Below are positions 9,236 through 19,653 of a stretch of 64,000 nucleotides of DNA, one piece after another. How positions within the stretch are numbered: position 1 is the first letter of the stretch; every line of letters starts with the position of its first letter. The stretch is from a virus (Duplodnaviria > Caudoviricetes). The notes beneath the pieces are model-generated. The model did not search any database. It saw only the letters and a program-made list of their open reading frames with translations, and was not told the DNA's origin. The stretch lies in IMG/VR virus record IMGVR_UViG_3300010965_000001, positions 64,001-128,000 of that record; one strand, 5' to 3'. Both the position numbers and the translations under genes were made by a program.

Positions 9236-11759
9236 AGAATTGATTCATAACCTCTTCATTCGGTGAAGGAAGTGTCCACTGCATTGCATCATACAATGCG
9301 TCTAACTTCTTCTCAAATACCGCGTCAAACATTTTCTCATAATTGATATGCGTGCCAATGAAGTCCATAATTTCGTTGGGGTCTTCATAACCTTTGAATG
9401 CGATTGCTTCGATTCCAAACGGATTTTCCGTCAAGTATACCCATCGAACCTTCTCAGCGTTTTCAATCGGTTTGTGTGTTCGTGTCAAGTTATAATACGT
9501 GATTAAGTTGTTATACATGATTGCCGATTTAACTGCGGCAGGTGCTCCCTTTGTATAATTCTTGAATCCATCACTGTTTGACGAAAAGTGTTTCTGATTT
9601 TTTGACTTCAACGTATACTTCTTTACGTTGTTTACAGACGTAGGCTTTGCTACTTGTGACAGAGATAATATACGAATATTTCTCTTAAAAGTCAAGATTT
9701 TATTGTCTATTTCTTTTTTATCTAAGCCCGCCAAGATGTCTGTCAACAATTCCTTCAAAAACGTGCGGAATGCGGGGGGGAAGTCAGAACGAACCGTGTC
9801 GATTCCTGTCACTTCCATCTTATCTACCGTCAAACCGTTGTCGTTAATGGTCTGCATTGCATATCGTTTCTTCGTAAGCCACAATGCCGATTTCCCAACC
9901 TTCTCTTGTTTAGTGTAGAAGTGATGCACCGTTACATTTAAGAATTTCTCACTAAACTTGTTAAGAGAATCATTAATGAACTTCTGAACGTCTGTTGCCA
10001 CTTCAATAACATACTGTGCCATCTTCTCTTCGTCTTTGACGTTGAACGATGGATACCGTGACTTAATGATTGGAAGTGCGGACAGAAACTCAGAGTCAGT
10101 ATCACAATAAATGACATAATCTTCGTCTGTTCCAAGTTCCTTATTATAATAGTAATTTGCAACCTTCTCAGCGTATTTGATAACAGCCTGACCAGTCAAC
10201 GTAGTTGCCATTGCATTGTCAAGGTCGTAAAATCTAAATACAGGCAAACCCAACACTCCATACAGTGAGTTAAGAAGAATCTTCTGAACATGCTGTCGTG
10301 ACTTGAAATAGTTATACAATTTCTTGTCACCTGCGTCACCATACTTTTTCATCATCTTACGATACTCAACACGTTCGTCAAACCACGTTTCAAGGATTGC
10401 GGGAATGATTCCTTTAACCTTCGTGTTATATAAGATACCATTTGAACTAATTGAGAATTTACCTTCGTCTAACAAGGTTTTCAGTTGTGCATTGTCAATC
10501 TTTGACGTTTTGTTTCCAACGTGAAGTGTGTGCGTCTTCTCAACATTCTTTACGTAATCTTCACCACTCCACCCATCGATTTTACCGACTTTCGTCTCAG
10601 GAGAAACATTCAACGTACGGATGATGGACGGATAAAGACTCTGAAAGTCCAAATCGTATACCCACTCATACCGTCCAGGAATTGGTTCCTTAACGTATGC
10701 ACCTTCAAACTTTTCTTCCTTTTCATCGTGTTCACCAGCGATTTTAGTTGGTGCAACCATATTCAACTTCTTCATGTAAACCAACATCGCACCTTCTAAG
10801 AATCGTGACGAATAGAAAATATCTTCGTATGGAACATGACCCTTGTGACATGTACCCATTGCGATTTCAATAATCTTCATCTTATCATCAATCTCTTTGA
10901 CAAGTTCAACGTCATTGATGTTATACTTTAAGAATTTGTGAATGTCTGTCTTATACAAGGTATCCAATGTTCCATCATATTCAATTTTGCCGTGACCCAA
11001 TTCTTTGGTAGAGATTGCATCTAAGTTATAAGTAGGTTCACGTGAAAATGTAAACTTCTTATAAAGTGCCAAATAATCAAGACACGACACACCAGCCAAC
11101 CTATACCGTTCTCTGTAAGGCATCCACTTCACTACACCAATAGGACTAAGAAGGCATGCCGCATCGTTGCCAAGAACTCGTCTGAGTCGATGGAACAGAT
11201 ATGGAATATCGAAATAGTCAATATTCCAACCAGTAAGAACCGTTGGGGATATTTTACTATACATGGTAATGAATTTTGACAAGAGTGCTTCTTCCGTTTT
11301 AATAGGAATGATTTCAATCTTCCCATCATTACTCGGAGATAATGCACCCATTCTGTCAAGGATTAATGCGGTGTATTTGTCTTCTGCGGAGTTGTGAAAC
11401 GAAATAGCGGTGATTTCGTTCAATGCTTCTTTAACGTCAGGCAGACCTTCAACCATCGACACCTCAATGTCGATTATCATAACTTTATGATTGGTTGATA
11501 CTTCATCACTGTCAAGGTAGTTGTCTACCAACACTCTTGTTTCAGGATTTATGTCTGCTTCGTGTACTTTTCCATCTTCTTCATCTTCTTTTGACCAACG
11601 CCCAGTTTTCTTGCACTTCTTGCCCTTTAAGGACATGAATGTGCCACTATCATCATTGATGTAGGCATATCGTTTGAACGGAAACAAGGAATACCCTGCT
11701 TCATCATCCCAAAGATGAACTTCATGCTTTTCACTATCGTAATAAATATTTTGATACAA
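9225..11759 (-). CDS. family B DNA polymerase with 3'-5' exonuclease (T4 gp43-like)
   Basis: Exo DIEV, GWNIDYFD, YNINDV; polymerase DFQSLYPSI, KILLNSLYG, YCDTDS. TTG start. Confidence 0.97.
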   Translation of the reverse strand: MYQNIYYDSEKHEVHLWDDEAGYSLFPFKRYAYINDDSGTFMSLKGKKCKKTGRWSKEDEEDGKVHEADINPETRVLVDNYLDSDEVSTNHKVMIIDIEVSMVEGLPDVKEALNEITAISFHNSAEDKYTALILDRMGALSPSNDGKIEIIPIKTEEALLSKFITMYSKISPTVLTGWNIDYFDIPYLFHRLRRVLGNDAACLLSPIGVVKWMPYRERYRLAGVSCLDYLALYKKFTFSREPTYNLDAISTKELGHGKIEYDGTLDTLYKTDIHKFLKYNINDVELVKEIDDKMKIIEIAMGTCHKGHVPYEDIFYSSRFLEGAMLVYMKKLNMVAPTKIAGEHDEKEEKFEGAYVKEPIPGRYEWVYDLDFQSLYPSIIRTLNVSPETKVGKIDGWSGEDYVKNVEKTHTLHVGNKTSKIDNAQLKTLLDEGKFSISSNGILYNTKVKGIIPAILETWFDERVEYRKMMKKYGDAGDKKLYNYFKSRQHVQKILLNSLYGVLGLPVFRFYDLDNAMATTLTGQAVIKYAEKVANYYYNKELGTDEDYVIYCDTDSEFLSALPIIKSRYPSFNVKDEEKMAQYVIEVATDVQKFINDSLNKFSEKFLNVTVHHFYTKQEKVGKSALWLTKKRYAMQTINDNGLTVDKMEVTGIDTVRSDFPPAFRTFLKELLTDILAGLDKKEIDNKILTFKRNIRILSLSQVAKPTSVNNVKKYTLKSKNQKHFSSNSDGFKNYTKGAPAAVKSAIMYNNLITYYNLTRTHKPIENAEKVRWVYLTENPFGIEAIAFKGYEDPNEIMDFIGTHINYEKMFDAVFEKKLDALYDAMQWTLPSPNEEVMNQFFGD

Positions 11760-11760
11760 A

Positions 11761-12936
11761 TTATCTACCCACCTGTTCTATGTATTTTGCTTTAGCGTCT
11801 TTCCATGACATACCAATTAAATCGTCATAGAATAATGTTTCGTTTGTGAGTTTACCTTCTGCATGTAGTTTTTCGTATCGTTTGATTGCCTTAACTCTCC
11901 ACCAATCTAACATACCATCAACGTCTTTGGTGTAGCGTTCAGTCAGTTTGAGGTCTTCATAACCGATTTTGTTTTGGAGATATTCTTTTGTGTTTTCGTA
12001 GATTGAACAGAAATATACACCACGCTGATACCCATGTTCGAAGTGTGATTTAATTAGTCCCACCTCCTTAAAAATCATACCAAGTATCCGTTGTTTTACG
12101 CCACTCGCGACTCCGACAGCGTTGTCAGCGTGGTATATGTTTTTATATTCGTCTGCGTACTTTATCTTTACATAATCTAACCAATATCTGTAAACCTTAT
12201 CGTCGGGTTTCACACTGATTTTACCAGCGCTGTTACCACAGTCCTTCCAATATGGAATACTGTTATACATACTATATCCGCCATAAAGACTTGTCGTTGT
12301 AAATCCTACGATTTTATCTTCATATCGGTTTTCCCACTCGTCTCTTACCGCCTTACTCGTAACCAAACATGCCATTAACTTACCACCTAAGAAGTTGTAA
12401 CCGAATGGTTGTGTTGCTACGATACAACTACCAATTGCGGTGTTGTTAATCTTCTTTGCACCGATTTTCTGTTCCTTATTCCATCCAATGTATGCGTCTC
12501 GCACTTTGATACTCATAACATCACTTGCGACATTAAGAATACCGAGATATGCACCTGTTGGTTCATCAACTACCAAAAATTTTAGATTACGTCCGATGTT
12601 TTGGTCGAACACACCTGTTGAGATGAATTGACGTAATGCATTCCAATCTTCAAGGAGCGGTCCATCATCGACAAATACAACTTTTGGTTTCAATGCTTGA
12701 ATCTGTGCGACAGTGCGTTCCTTGTCCATCAAATCAAATGGTTTCCAAATTTTATTCTTTACAAGACGGAGATTTGCAAGTTCTTTGGTGTAATTGAAAT
12801 TTACATCTTCCCACTTCTTATATAACGTGTGTTCCTCCACGGACATAGATTTAAGCAAGTTCATATTATCTACGAACTCCTTAACTCTAATGTCATGGTC
12901 ATCTTCTACATCGAAAAATGTTTCTAAATTTGTCAT
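11761..12936 (-). CDS. DUF4338 (DruA-like) GNAT-fold protein, candidate DNA-modification enzyme
   Basis: GRNLKFLV.D..TG.YLG, RDAYIGW, IGSCIVATQPFGYNFLGGKLMA, GFTTTSLYG. Confidence 0.7.
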   Translation of the reverse strand: MTNLETFFDVEDDHDIRVKEFVDNMNLLKSMSVEEHTLYKKWEDVNFNYTKELANLRLVKNKIWKPFDLMDKERTVAQIQALKPKVVFVDDGPLLEDWNALRQFISTGVFDQNIGRNLKFLVVDEPTGAYLGILNVASDVMSIKVRDAYIGWNKEQKIGAKKINNTAIGSCIVATQPFGYNFLGGKLMACLVTSKAVRDEWENRYEDKIVGFTTTSLYGGYSMYNSIPYWKDCGNSAGKISVKPDDKVYRYWLDYVKIKYADEYKNIYHADNAVGVASGVKQRILGMIFKEVGLIKSHFEHGYQRGVYFCSIYENTKEYLQNKIGYEDLKLTERYTKDVDGMLDWWRVKAIKRYEKLHAEGKLTNETLFYDDLIGMSWKDAKAKYIEQVGR

Positions 12937-12961
12937 AACCTTTTGTCTTTTAGTGTATAAT

Positions 12962-12990
12962 AATATACGAAATTATTTGATTAAAGTCAA
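12962..12990 (-). promoter_or_regulatory. sigma70-type promoter for the DUF4338-PolB-clamp operon
   Basis: TTGACT (12990-12985), 17-nt spacer, TATATT (12967-12962). Confidence 0.8.
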
Positions 12991-12991
12991 G

Positions 12992-13696
12992 TTATTTCCA
13001 ATAAGAATGGTCGTTTAAGAAAAACTTATAATTCCAAGTGTTTATAATAGTTTTTACAAATAATTTTATCATTCCAAATGTTCCCATTTTCTGTAATCTC
13101 CTATCTGATGTATATATTGCACTATCGTGCATATAAAATTTTCTCCGTGGAATTTTCTTCGAAAGGAAGTAATCTTCTGCATATATCACATTCTCATCAA
13201 ATCCATCAAACGTATCTTTTCTTACCATCATGTACATTCCAGTTGCGTACGGATACCACAAATATTTTGACAATGATTGTAGTTTACTTGATACCCAATA
13301 TATCAATTGTGACATCTTGGATGTAGAATCACAGTATGTATTTGTTGTAGCCATCCAATATTTCCCGCATATGATATGTGTTAAAGTATCGAATATTAAT
13401 CTATGGTCCCTCAACCTAATATCAGAATCCATAAACAATATATATGGAGTTTTTGCTTCTCTCGCCCCATTATTTCTCCCAACAGACGGCAATCCACCCT
13501 CGATTACTCTTATATTGAGATTATACATGCGTTTCATTTGCTCGATGACGGACAGTGTAGTATCCGTGGAGGATGCATCCGCAATTAATATTTCAACATC
13601 TTGTATATCAGATTGTCTATGAATGTCATGTAATATCAATGCTATATTAACTTCTTCATTTTTACACGGTATAACGATAGTCAAAAATTCATTCAT
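12992..13696 (-). CDS. family 2 glycosyltransferase
   Basis: TIVIPCKNEE, IADASSTD, GRNNGA, LFMDSD (DXD), AEDY, SDRR. Confidence 0.9.
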   Translation of the reverse strand: MNEFLTIVIPCKNEEVNIALILHDIHRQSDIQDVEILIADASSTDTTLSVIEQMKRMYNLNIRVIEGGLPSVGRNNGAREAKTPYILFMDSDIRLRDHRLIFDTLTHIICGKYWMATTNTYCDSTSKMSQLIYWVSSKLQSLSKYLWYPYATGMYMMVRKDTFDGFDENVIYAEDYFLSKKIPRRKFYMHDSAIYTSDRRLQKMGTFGMIKLFVKTIINTWNYKFFLNDHSYWK

Positions 13697-14337
13697 TTAA
13701 GTTCCTGTAATGTTAGGTTTCCATTAGAATCTATTTCAATATACGTTTTTAATCCATTTATCCACGCCCCGCTATTTGCATATGGAATATTTGCTTCAGG
13801 TAAATGTGAGTGACCACAGATAATCCAATCGTATTTAGTAAATTTAACCATTGCCAATGCATACGTTTTTGTATTATCTTTAAAAAATTTATCAAGTAAA
13901 CTTGGGATTATGCCATTTTTATCTATTTGTTCTATTCCCTTATAAACCCATTTAAAAAATGTTTCTATCGCAACATTCATCTTATAAAATGGATTCAATG
14001 TATGCCCATGTGTTACTAAAAATGATACACCGTTTTCAGTAACAATATACTTGTCCATAACTGGGATACCAGTTAAATGCGACAACACGTTTAATGTTTC
14101 TGTGTCGTGATTTCCACAAATCCACACGATTTCAAGGTCATTGGATTTCCCTCTAAGGAATGAGACAAGTTCCCACTGTTCCTTTGGAAGACGGTTAAAG
14201 TTCAAATCATCGAACACATCACCGTTTAAGATGATGCGTCCGTAATTTTTCCAATTCAAATTAAGAAAGTCTGCAAGTTGTTTGGCATGCGACCTCACGG
14301 ACCCCAAATGTATATCACTAACAATTAATGTTTTCAT
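13693..14337 (-). CDS. calcineurin-like metallophosphoesterase (UDP-2,3-diacylglucosamine diphosphatase/LpxH-like)
   Basis: SDIHLG, NGDVFD, GNHD, HGH, GHSH, NSGAW. Confidence 0.85.
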   Translation of the reverse strand: MKTLIVSDIHLGSVRSHAKQLADFLNLNWKNYGRIILNGDVFDDLNFNRLPKEQWELVSFLRGKSNDLEIVWICGNHDTETLNVLSHLTGIPVMDKYIVTENGVSFLVTHGHTLNPFYKMNVAIETFFKWVYKGIEQIDKNGIIPSLLDKFFKDNTKTYALAMVKFTKYDWIICGHSHLPEANIPYANSGAWINGLKTYIEIDSNGNLTLQELK

Positions 14338-14349
14338 AATATTCTCCGA

Positions 14350-17145
14350 TTATATTACTGCACAGGCGTCACCAGCACATGCGGCTTCACCTTGCAAGTC
14401 AGTGTTGTCCTCTTCTTCTACAATTTTTGTCAAATCTACATCTTTGAGGACTTTCATCATTTCATCGTACTTCTCCTTCGTAATCTCTTCAAAAGGTGCT
14501 TGTACGTAACTTCCACCATCATAATCTAAGACAGAAATACCATTGTAAAAGTCTTTATTCTCCCACATCCACTCACCGACTTTATCCCATTCATCCTTCT
14601 TAATTGACACGGTTACGGAAACATTGTTTGTATTTGCCCCCTTAACGTGCCCACAACGCACCCAATCGATGTTAAATCTCTTAGCCCTCTCTAACAGTGT
14701 CAAAGGACTTTCATCCCTGTATTTTGCGCCTTTCGGCGATTCTTGGGGAACGCTGATGATTGCTTGGATATGTGGCTTAAAGTAGTCATCTTCGACTAAT
14801 TCGGGGTGTTTCTTAGCCAAAAACTTGTAGATTGCTTCATTCTTACCGACTCTAACTCGTCTGATATAATAGGGTGCGTGGTATGCGTGGACACCACTTG
14901 CAGTGCCCAATACGATACTTGAAGTTCCCGACGGTTTGATGGTCGTTGACCGTGCGGCGGTATTAATTCCAATTATCTTTGCGACACGTTTGTTTTCATC
15001 TGTTACGATTTTTGCGGCGTTCTTTAGATTCACATCGTCAAGTTTACCACTTCCAATGCCAGTGATTCCGACACCGATAAGTGCTTCCTTCTCCGTAGTC
15101 TCTTTCCATATCTCTCGGAGGTAATGGAAGTCCGTGAATCCCGCTTGAAGTGTTGCGAGGAATGTTGCGGCTTTAACTCTTGAACTGAAATCTGCTTCAT
15201 CTTCAATATCACCTGCATTGACTTCTACTAAATTGCAAAATTGATTTGCACGTAAGGAAATCTCACAACATGGATTGACACCATACTCTTTGTCATTACT
15301 AAAGAGGATTCCTGGTTCACCACTGTTTGAGTTTTCAATCTTCTTCCACAACTCAAAGAAGTCTTCCTTCTTAACTTTGTGACGTAGCATAACAACACTG
15401 TTGTTCGCACGTGCTCTTTGTGGATTGAGTTCCCACCAATGATTGAATTTTGATGCGAGCATGTCATCATCGTCATAACTGAACAGACTAATGAGTGCGG
15501 CACGTCTAATTCCACCTGACAGAACTGCGTCTGCGATGAAACATTGCATGTCGTGAACTTGAATAGGTTTCAACTTCTCACCGACTGGCACGGAGTCCAA
15601 AATCTTCTTTAAGTCGTGAAGGCAGTCCATAAGAGGTTGAGGTCCTGGTGCCTTACCACCACTTGTAATTAACAATGAACCTTTTGGACGAATATCACTG
15701 AAATCAAATCGTGGAAGAAATTCTCCAAACATATATGCTTTGACTAATACTTTAACAGCGTCCGCCCATCCTTCGATACTATCACCCACTAAATATCGTT
15801 TTGCCTTTCCAGGTTTCTTAATTTCTGGAAGTTTCTTAACGTGATGCTTTTGTACACTGAATCCGACGCCACATCCAGTTAACAAAAGAAACATCGTCTC
15901 AGGAAATGCTTCCCAACTATCCGCTGGCATGAATGCACAATTACCAGTTACCAGTCCACCACTTAATATAAATGATTTATCATCTTCCACTTCCAAGCAC
16001 CATACATCCGATTTTTCTACATCATATTTTATATCAGTTACTACCCATGAGGTGTTTATATAATTTCCTATATTAGAACTCAATGAATACGATTTTGAAT
16101 TTGGATTACGTTTTACATTTGAACCCAAATTTGAAGATAAGTTGGTTATTGGTTTCTTGTTAATCACATACTGCCCAACCATTTCAAATAATTTTTCTGC
16201 AACTTCTTGATGATATAAATCGGAAATGTAGATAGATTTATATTTTGAAGAATTTGTAGATGAATCATATTCTGAATTTTTATATGCATCTGCACAACAA
16301 TATCCATCTACAAATGCATGAATCAATTCTATAGAATCAACTGATGGGTCTGGATATTTTTTGGTATATTTCCCAGTATATGCCATGACATCACCACTTA
16401 ATGATAGTGAGGTAGATGTCTTAAATCCCATTTCTTCAAATCTATACAAAAATTTATTTTTATCATTTCCACACAATCTTACCATTGAATATGCAGTTTC
16501 CCCATTAGAATTTTTAACATTAGTCCCATCTCCAAAAACATAACCATAGCACCAATACAACCGTTCAAATGGAGATGCAGAATCGTAATCAAAGTGTTTT
16601 AAACTTGGTGCTTTGCATAATTTATCCCCAATCTTCAATGAGGTAGTTTCAGACCAATCATGTAATATCCATCTATGATTTGATGTCGCTTTAATTTTTT
16701 TAACACTTCTTCCTCTGCGAAACGTTATTTCATTTAAGGAATCTTTACCATAATTTTTAACCACAGCAGGTTTCCAATTTCCAAGATGTGTCAATACTGA
16801 AATTTCATCACCATCCGAAAACTCTTGAAATGATTTAACTCCATCACTTGTTACGAACGCAGTATCACTACTAAAGCAGTTGTATATACGTGCTGGATTT
16901 ATTAAAACTGGTTTACCTGCAAATTGCATGCTTCTCATTGATGGTAATATCTTACGGTCATAAACAAACTGATAGGTATCTTCTATTTCTTGTGCTAACA
17001 TGGGGTATTTTACTTTGTGCATCTCTTTATTTCTTGTTACAATTTCGAACCAACTTTCTCTGCGTTTCTTATGTGGAACAAACTTTGCATATTTCATATA
17101 AGTCACGATATTGCTTAAAATTTTATTAGATATAGTCATCGCCAT
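14350..17145 (-). CDS. nrdJ: class II (adenosylcobalamin-dependent) ribonucleotide reductase with an intein
   Basis: LPSMR, GCGVG, SGGIRRAALI, EPG, NPCCE, TIKPSGT, C-terminal CAGDAC redox pair. Start moved to the ATG at 17145 (GGAG RBS). Confidence 0.92.
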   Translation of the reverse strand: MAMTISNKILSNIVTYMKYAKFVPHKKRRESWFEIVTRNKEMHKVKYPMLAQEIEDTYQFVYDRKILPSMRSMQFAGKPVLINPARIYNCFSSDTAFVTSDGVKSFQEFSDGDEISVLTHLGNWKPAVVKNYGKDSLNEITFRRGRSVKKIKATSNHRWILHDWSETTSLKIGDKLCKAPSLKHFDYDSASPFERLYWCYGYVFGDGTNVKNSNGETAYSMVRLCGNDKNKFLYRFEEMGFKTSTSLSLSGDVMAYTGKYTKKYPDPSVDSIELIHAFVDGYCCADAYKNSEYDSSTNSSKYKSIYISDLYHQEVAEKLFEMVGQYVINKKPITNLSSNLGSNVKRNPNSKSYSLSSNIGNYINTSWVVTDIKYDVEKSDVWCLEVEDDKSFILSGGLVTGNCAFMPADSWEAFPETMFLLLTGCGVGFSVQKHHVKKLPEIKKPGKAKRYLVGDSIEGWADAVKVLVKAYMFGEFLPRFDFSDIRPKGSLLITSGGKAPGPQPLMDCLHDLKKILDSVPVGEKLKPIQVHDMQCFIADAVLSGGIRRAALISLFSYDDDDMLASKFNHWWELNPQRARANNSVVMLRHKVKKEDFFELWKKIENSNSGEPGILFSNDKEYGVNPCCEISLRANQFCNLVEVNAGDIEDEADFSSRVKAATFLATLQAGFTDFHYLREIWKETTEKEALIGVGITGIGSGKLDDVNLKNAAKIVTDENKRVAKIIGINTAARSTTIKPSGTSSIVLGTASGVHAYHAPYYIRRVRVGKNEAIYKFLAKKHPELVEDDYFKPHIQAIISVPQESPKGAKYRDESPLTLLERAKRFNIDWVRCGHVKGANTNNVSVTVSIKKDEWDKVGEWMWENKDFYNGISVLDYDGGSYVQAPFEEITKEKYDEMMKVLKDVDLTKIVEEEDNTDLQGEAACAGDACAVI
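15940..16878 (-). mobile_element. intein (313 aa) with a LAGLIDADG-type homing endonuclease inside nrdJ
   Basis: RIYN|CFSSDT...VWCLEVEDDKSFILSGGLVTGN|CAF junctions; internal YGYVFGDG and FVDGYCCADA; more AT-rich than the flanks. Confidence 0.92.
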
Positions 17146-17243
17146 AGATTTCTCCGATATGTTGCGTTTTGAATGTGTATTGACTTGTAAGTGTGGGGGA
17201 TGTAACCCTTTAGTGTGTATAAATATCATTTACAAATCAATTA

Positions 17244-18611
17244 TCATTCAAAACCTTCTGTTGTTCCTTCAAGTTCATCAAATTTTCTTTTTAATAATTG
17301 TCTTACCACTTCGTTGCCATCTTTCATCTTATGTGTAGTTTCTTTACCAGCCATACTCTCTTCTTCGTAGATTTCGATTTGTCCTGTTGCGGCATTGAAC
17401 TTCGAAGGGAACGTCACACCGTCTTTTCCCATTCTATTCTTGATAATGTGCCATCTTGCGGTTCCACTCACTTTATCGTTGATTTTACGTGATAAAGAGA
17501 CAATGAAGTCTCCAATCATAATCTTCGAATATGCTTCGGAAACCTGCGCGCCGTCAATAACGTCCATTTCTGTTGCGGCTCTGTGTGCTTGTGATGCAGT
17601 CCATAACGGAATCTGAAATTCTCCCGCTACACCACGTAAATCTTCATAAATATTTTCCAAAACGAATCTTTTTTCTGTTCCGATACCTGTTAACAAGTCG
17701 GCATAGTCAACGAATACGATGTCGGGACCGAAACCCTTTATCATCTTCATCTTTTCGATGTAACTTCTCAACGTCTGAACACTTGCTGACTTTGTTGGAT
17801 AATACTTGATATGTAACGTTCCCGTAATCTCTGAAAGTCTACGTTCAACGTCTTCTTTATGGAATTTTAAGTTTTGTGATGGAATACATGTCAAATGACT
17901 ATCGAACCGAAGTCCTACATAATCTTGACTTAACTCCATTGTGAAATACAATACGTTTAATCCATTCTTCATTGCGGATGCCGCCATTGACACCAATCCC
18001 CAACTCTTACCTATACCTGCTGGGGCAACAACGATACCCATTTCACCAGGTCCAAGCCCACCATCGACAATATTGTCGATAATCTGCCAACCAGTTGAAA
18101 CGGTCTTCCGTGCGGTTTCACTAATACGATGTTCAAACATCTCTAAGTAGTCGTGACCCAAATCGGAGTCGATTCCTACCTTAAGTGCTTCATCGATAAT
18201 TTTACGAACCTCTAAGTGCTTGCCAGCGGTGAACAAATCCACAGAACTGTAAATTGCCTGTTTCAGTGCTTCATTCTTGCAGAAGTCAACAGTCTTGTCC
18301 TTAATGAACTCAAGACCTGTCATATCCTTAAAGGTATCTTTGATTGCACTCTTTACTGTTTCACGGAGTGCAGCGTTTTCAATTTCTTTTACAGCAATAG
18401 CCAACGCCTCCATTGATGGAGGTGTTTTGTATTTTATATAATGTGCTTTAATTGTGTCTACACACCAAGCGAATGATTCATTTGCGAAATACTTTGTATT
18501 GAGAGGTTCTATGACCTGTTCTAAAAATTTCACATCCGATAAGAGTGAGTAAATCAACTTGACTTGGAATGTATGTCCGAAGTCTGAAATGTTATCAATA
18601 TTACTTTGCAT
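17244..18611 (-). CDS. replicative DnaB-like helicase (T4 gp41-like)
   Basis: APAGIGKS Walker A, YFTMELS, VFVDYADL, WTASQ, IIKNRMG. Confidence 0.95.
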   Translation of the reverse strand: MQSNIDNISDFGHTFQVKLIYSLLSDVKFLEQVIEPLNTKYFANESFAWCVDTIKAHYIKYKTPPSMEALAIAVKEIENAALRETVKSAIKDTFKDMTGLEFIKDKTVDFCKNEALKQAIYSSVDLFTAGKHLEVRKIIDEALKVGIDSDLGHDYLEMFEHRISETARKTVSTGWQIIDNIVDGGLGPGEMGIVVAPAGIGKSWGLVSMAASAMKNGLNVLYFTMELSQDYVGLRFDSHLTCIPSQNLKFHKEDVERRLSEITGTLHIKYYPTKSASVQTLRSYIEKMKMIKGFGPDIVFVDYADLLTGIGTEKRFVLENIYEDLRGVAGEFQIPLWTASQAHRAATEMDVIDGAQVSEAYSKIMIGDFIVSLSRKINDKVSGTARWHIIKNRMGKDGVTFPSKFNAATGQIEIYEEESMAGKETTHKMKDGNEVVRQLLKRKFDELEGTTEGFE

Positions 18612-19653
18612 AATTGGTCGCGTATGAATTTAATTGTTCGAAGCAGGTCTTTAACCAATACTCCAATTGTGGGAATGCCCCATTTATAAAATCTTCCAGC
18701 ACCATCTTTTTGAAATCCCATTGACTCAACTTTGGAATCTCCCCTCTAATTTTTTCTGTGATTCGGAGTTTTGATGCTCCCGAAATATCAACATCCTCCA
18801 ATTGCATGAGTTTGTAATTTCGTTCTAAGATGTCTTTTGCATTACACAGATTTACATATACTTTTTCTTCTTTACCATTGGAATAATCTAACAAGTCCTT
18901 AACAGTGACCGTTGTTGATTCTGCCAGCATTGGTAATCTCTTTATAATAGTTTTTAATCCCATTCCCTTAACACCATCGATGTTATCAGATACGTCACCA
19001 TCCATAATTCGATACATAACGAAGTTATTTGATGTTATTCCGTATTCTTCAAGGATTGCCACTGAGTCATATAATTTCTTTTTAGTTGGTGACCAGACAT
19101 TGACCTTCTCATTAACCAACTGATAAAAGTCTTTATCCGATGACATAATATAGTAAAAATTATCCTCATTGTCAATAGGATTGCGTGTAATGTATGCGAT
19201 GGTATCGTCTGCTTCGATATTATCAATAGAAATGATGGTTACTGGCAAGCAAGACAGATATTGTAGTAATCTTCCGATTTGCATCTGCATGCTCGCAGAT
19301 TCATCTTCTTGACTTGAGATATTTATGTTTCTATTGTATCGAACATTGACGTGTCGTTTCGCTTTGTATTCGGGATAGAGTTTACGTCTCTTTTGACTTC
19401 CACCCTTGCCGTCAAACACGACTATGATTCGTGTAGGATTGAGTGTCTTGATGGCAAACCCAATGGATTTCAAAAATCCAGTGATTCCTCCAACGTGAAC
19501 ACCATTTTCGTTTGTAGATGGGTCGGCACAGAAGGAACGGACAAATGTGTTATGTCCGTCCACAATCAACGTGCGACTATTAGTAGAAAGAGCACGAGTC
19601 GCCTCGTGCTCCCTTTTCACTTCTTCCAATAAACTAAGATAGTTAGTCTGCAT
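18601..19653 (-). CDS. 5'-3' exonuclease / T4 RNase H-like flap nuclease
   Basis: LIVDGHN, VVFDG, YPEYKAKR, EADD, SSDKDF, GDVSDNIDGVKGMG. Start moved to 19653, coupled to the recA stop. Confidence 0.92.
   Translation of the reverse strand: MQTNYLSLLEEVKREHEATRALSTNSRTLIVDGHNTFVRSFCADPSTNENGVHVGGITGFLKSIGFAIKTLNPTRIIVVFDGKGGSQKRRKLYPEYKAKRHVNVRYNRNINISSQEDESASMQMQIGRLLQYLSCLPVTIISIDNIEADDTIAYITRNPIDNEDNFYYIMSSDKDFYQLVNEKVNVWSPTKKKLYDSVAILEEYGITSNNFVMYRIMDGDVSDNIDGVKGMGLKTIIKRLPMLAESTTVTVKDLLDYSNGKEEKVYVNLCNAKDILERNYKLMQLEDVDISGASKLRITEKIRGEIPKLSQWDFKKMVLEDFINGAFPQLEYWLKTCFEQLNSYATNYAK

Noticed and set aside
11761-12936. DUF4338 as part of a Druantia defence system
   Set aside because: No DruE-type helicase or other Dru genes nearby; the context is the phage replisome.
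17146-17226. Possible cobalamin riboswitch upstream of the B12-dependent nrdJ
   Set aside because: The leader is only ~70 nt with a weak GGG/CCC stem and no recognisable B12-box.
17146-17229. N-terminal extensions in the ORF track (MIFIH..., MIFIK..., MYIYT..., MDFLRR...)
   Set aside because: They run through the ATATTTATA element; better starts lie downstream (17145, 34606, 23422, 768).
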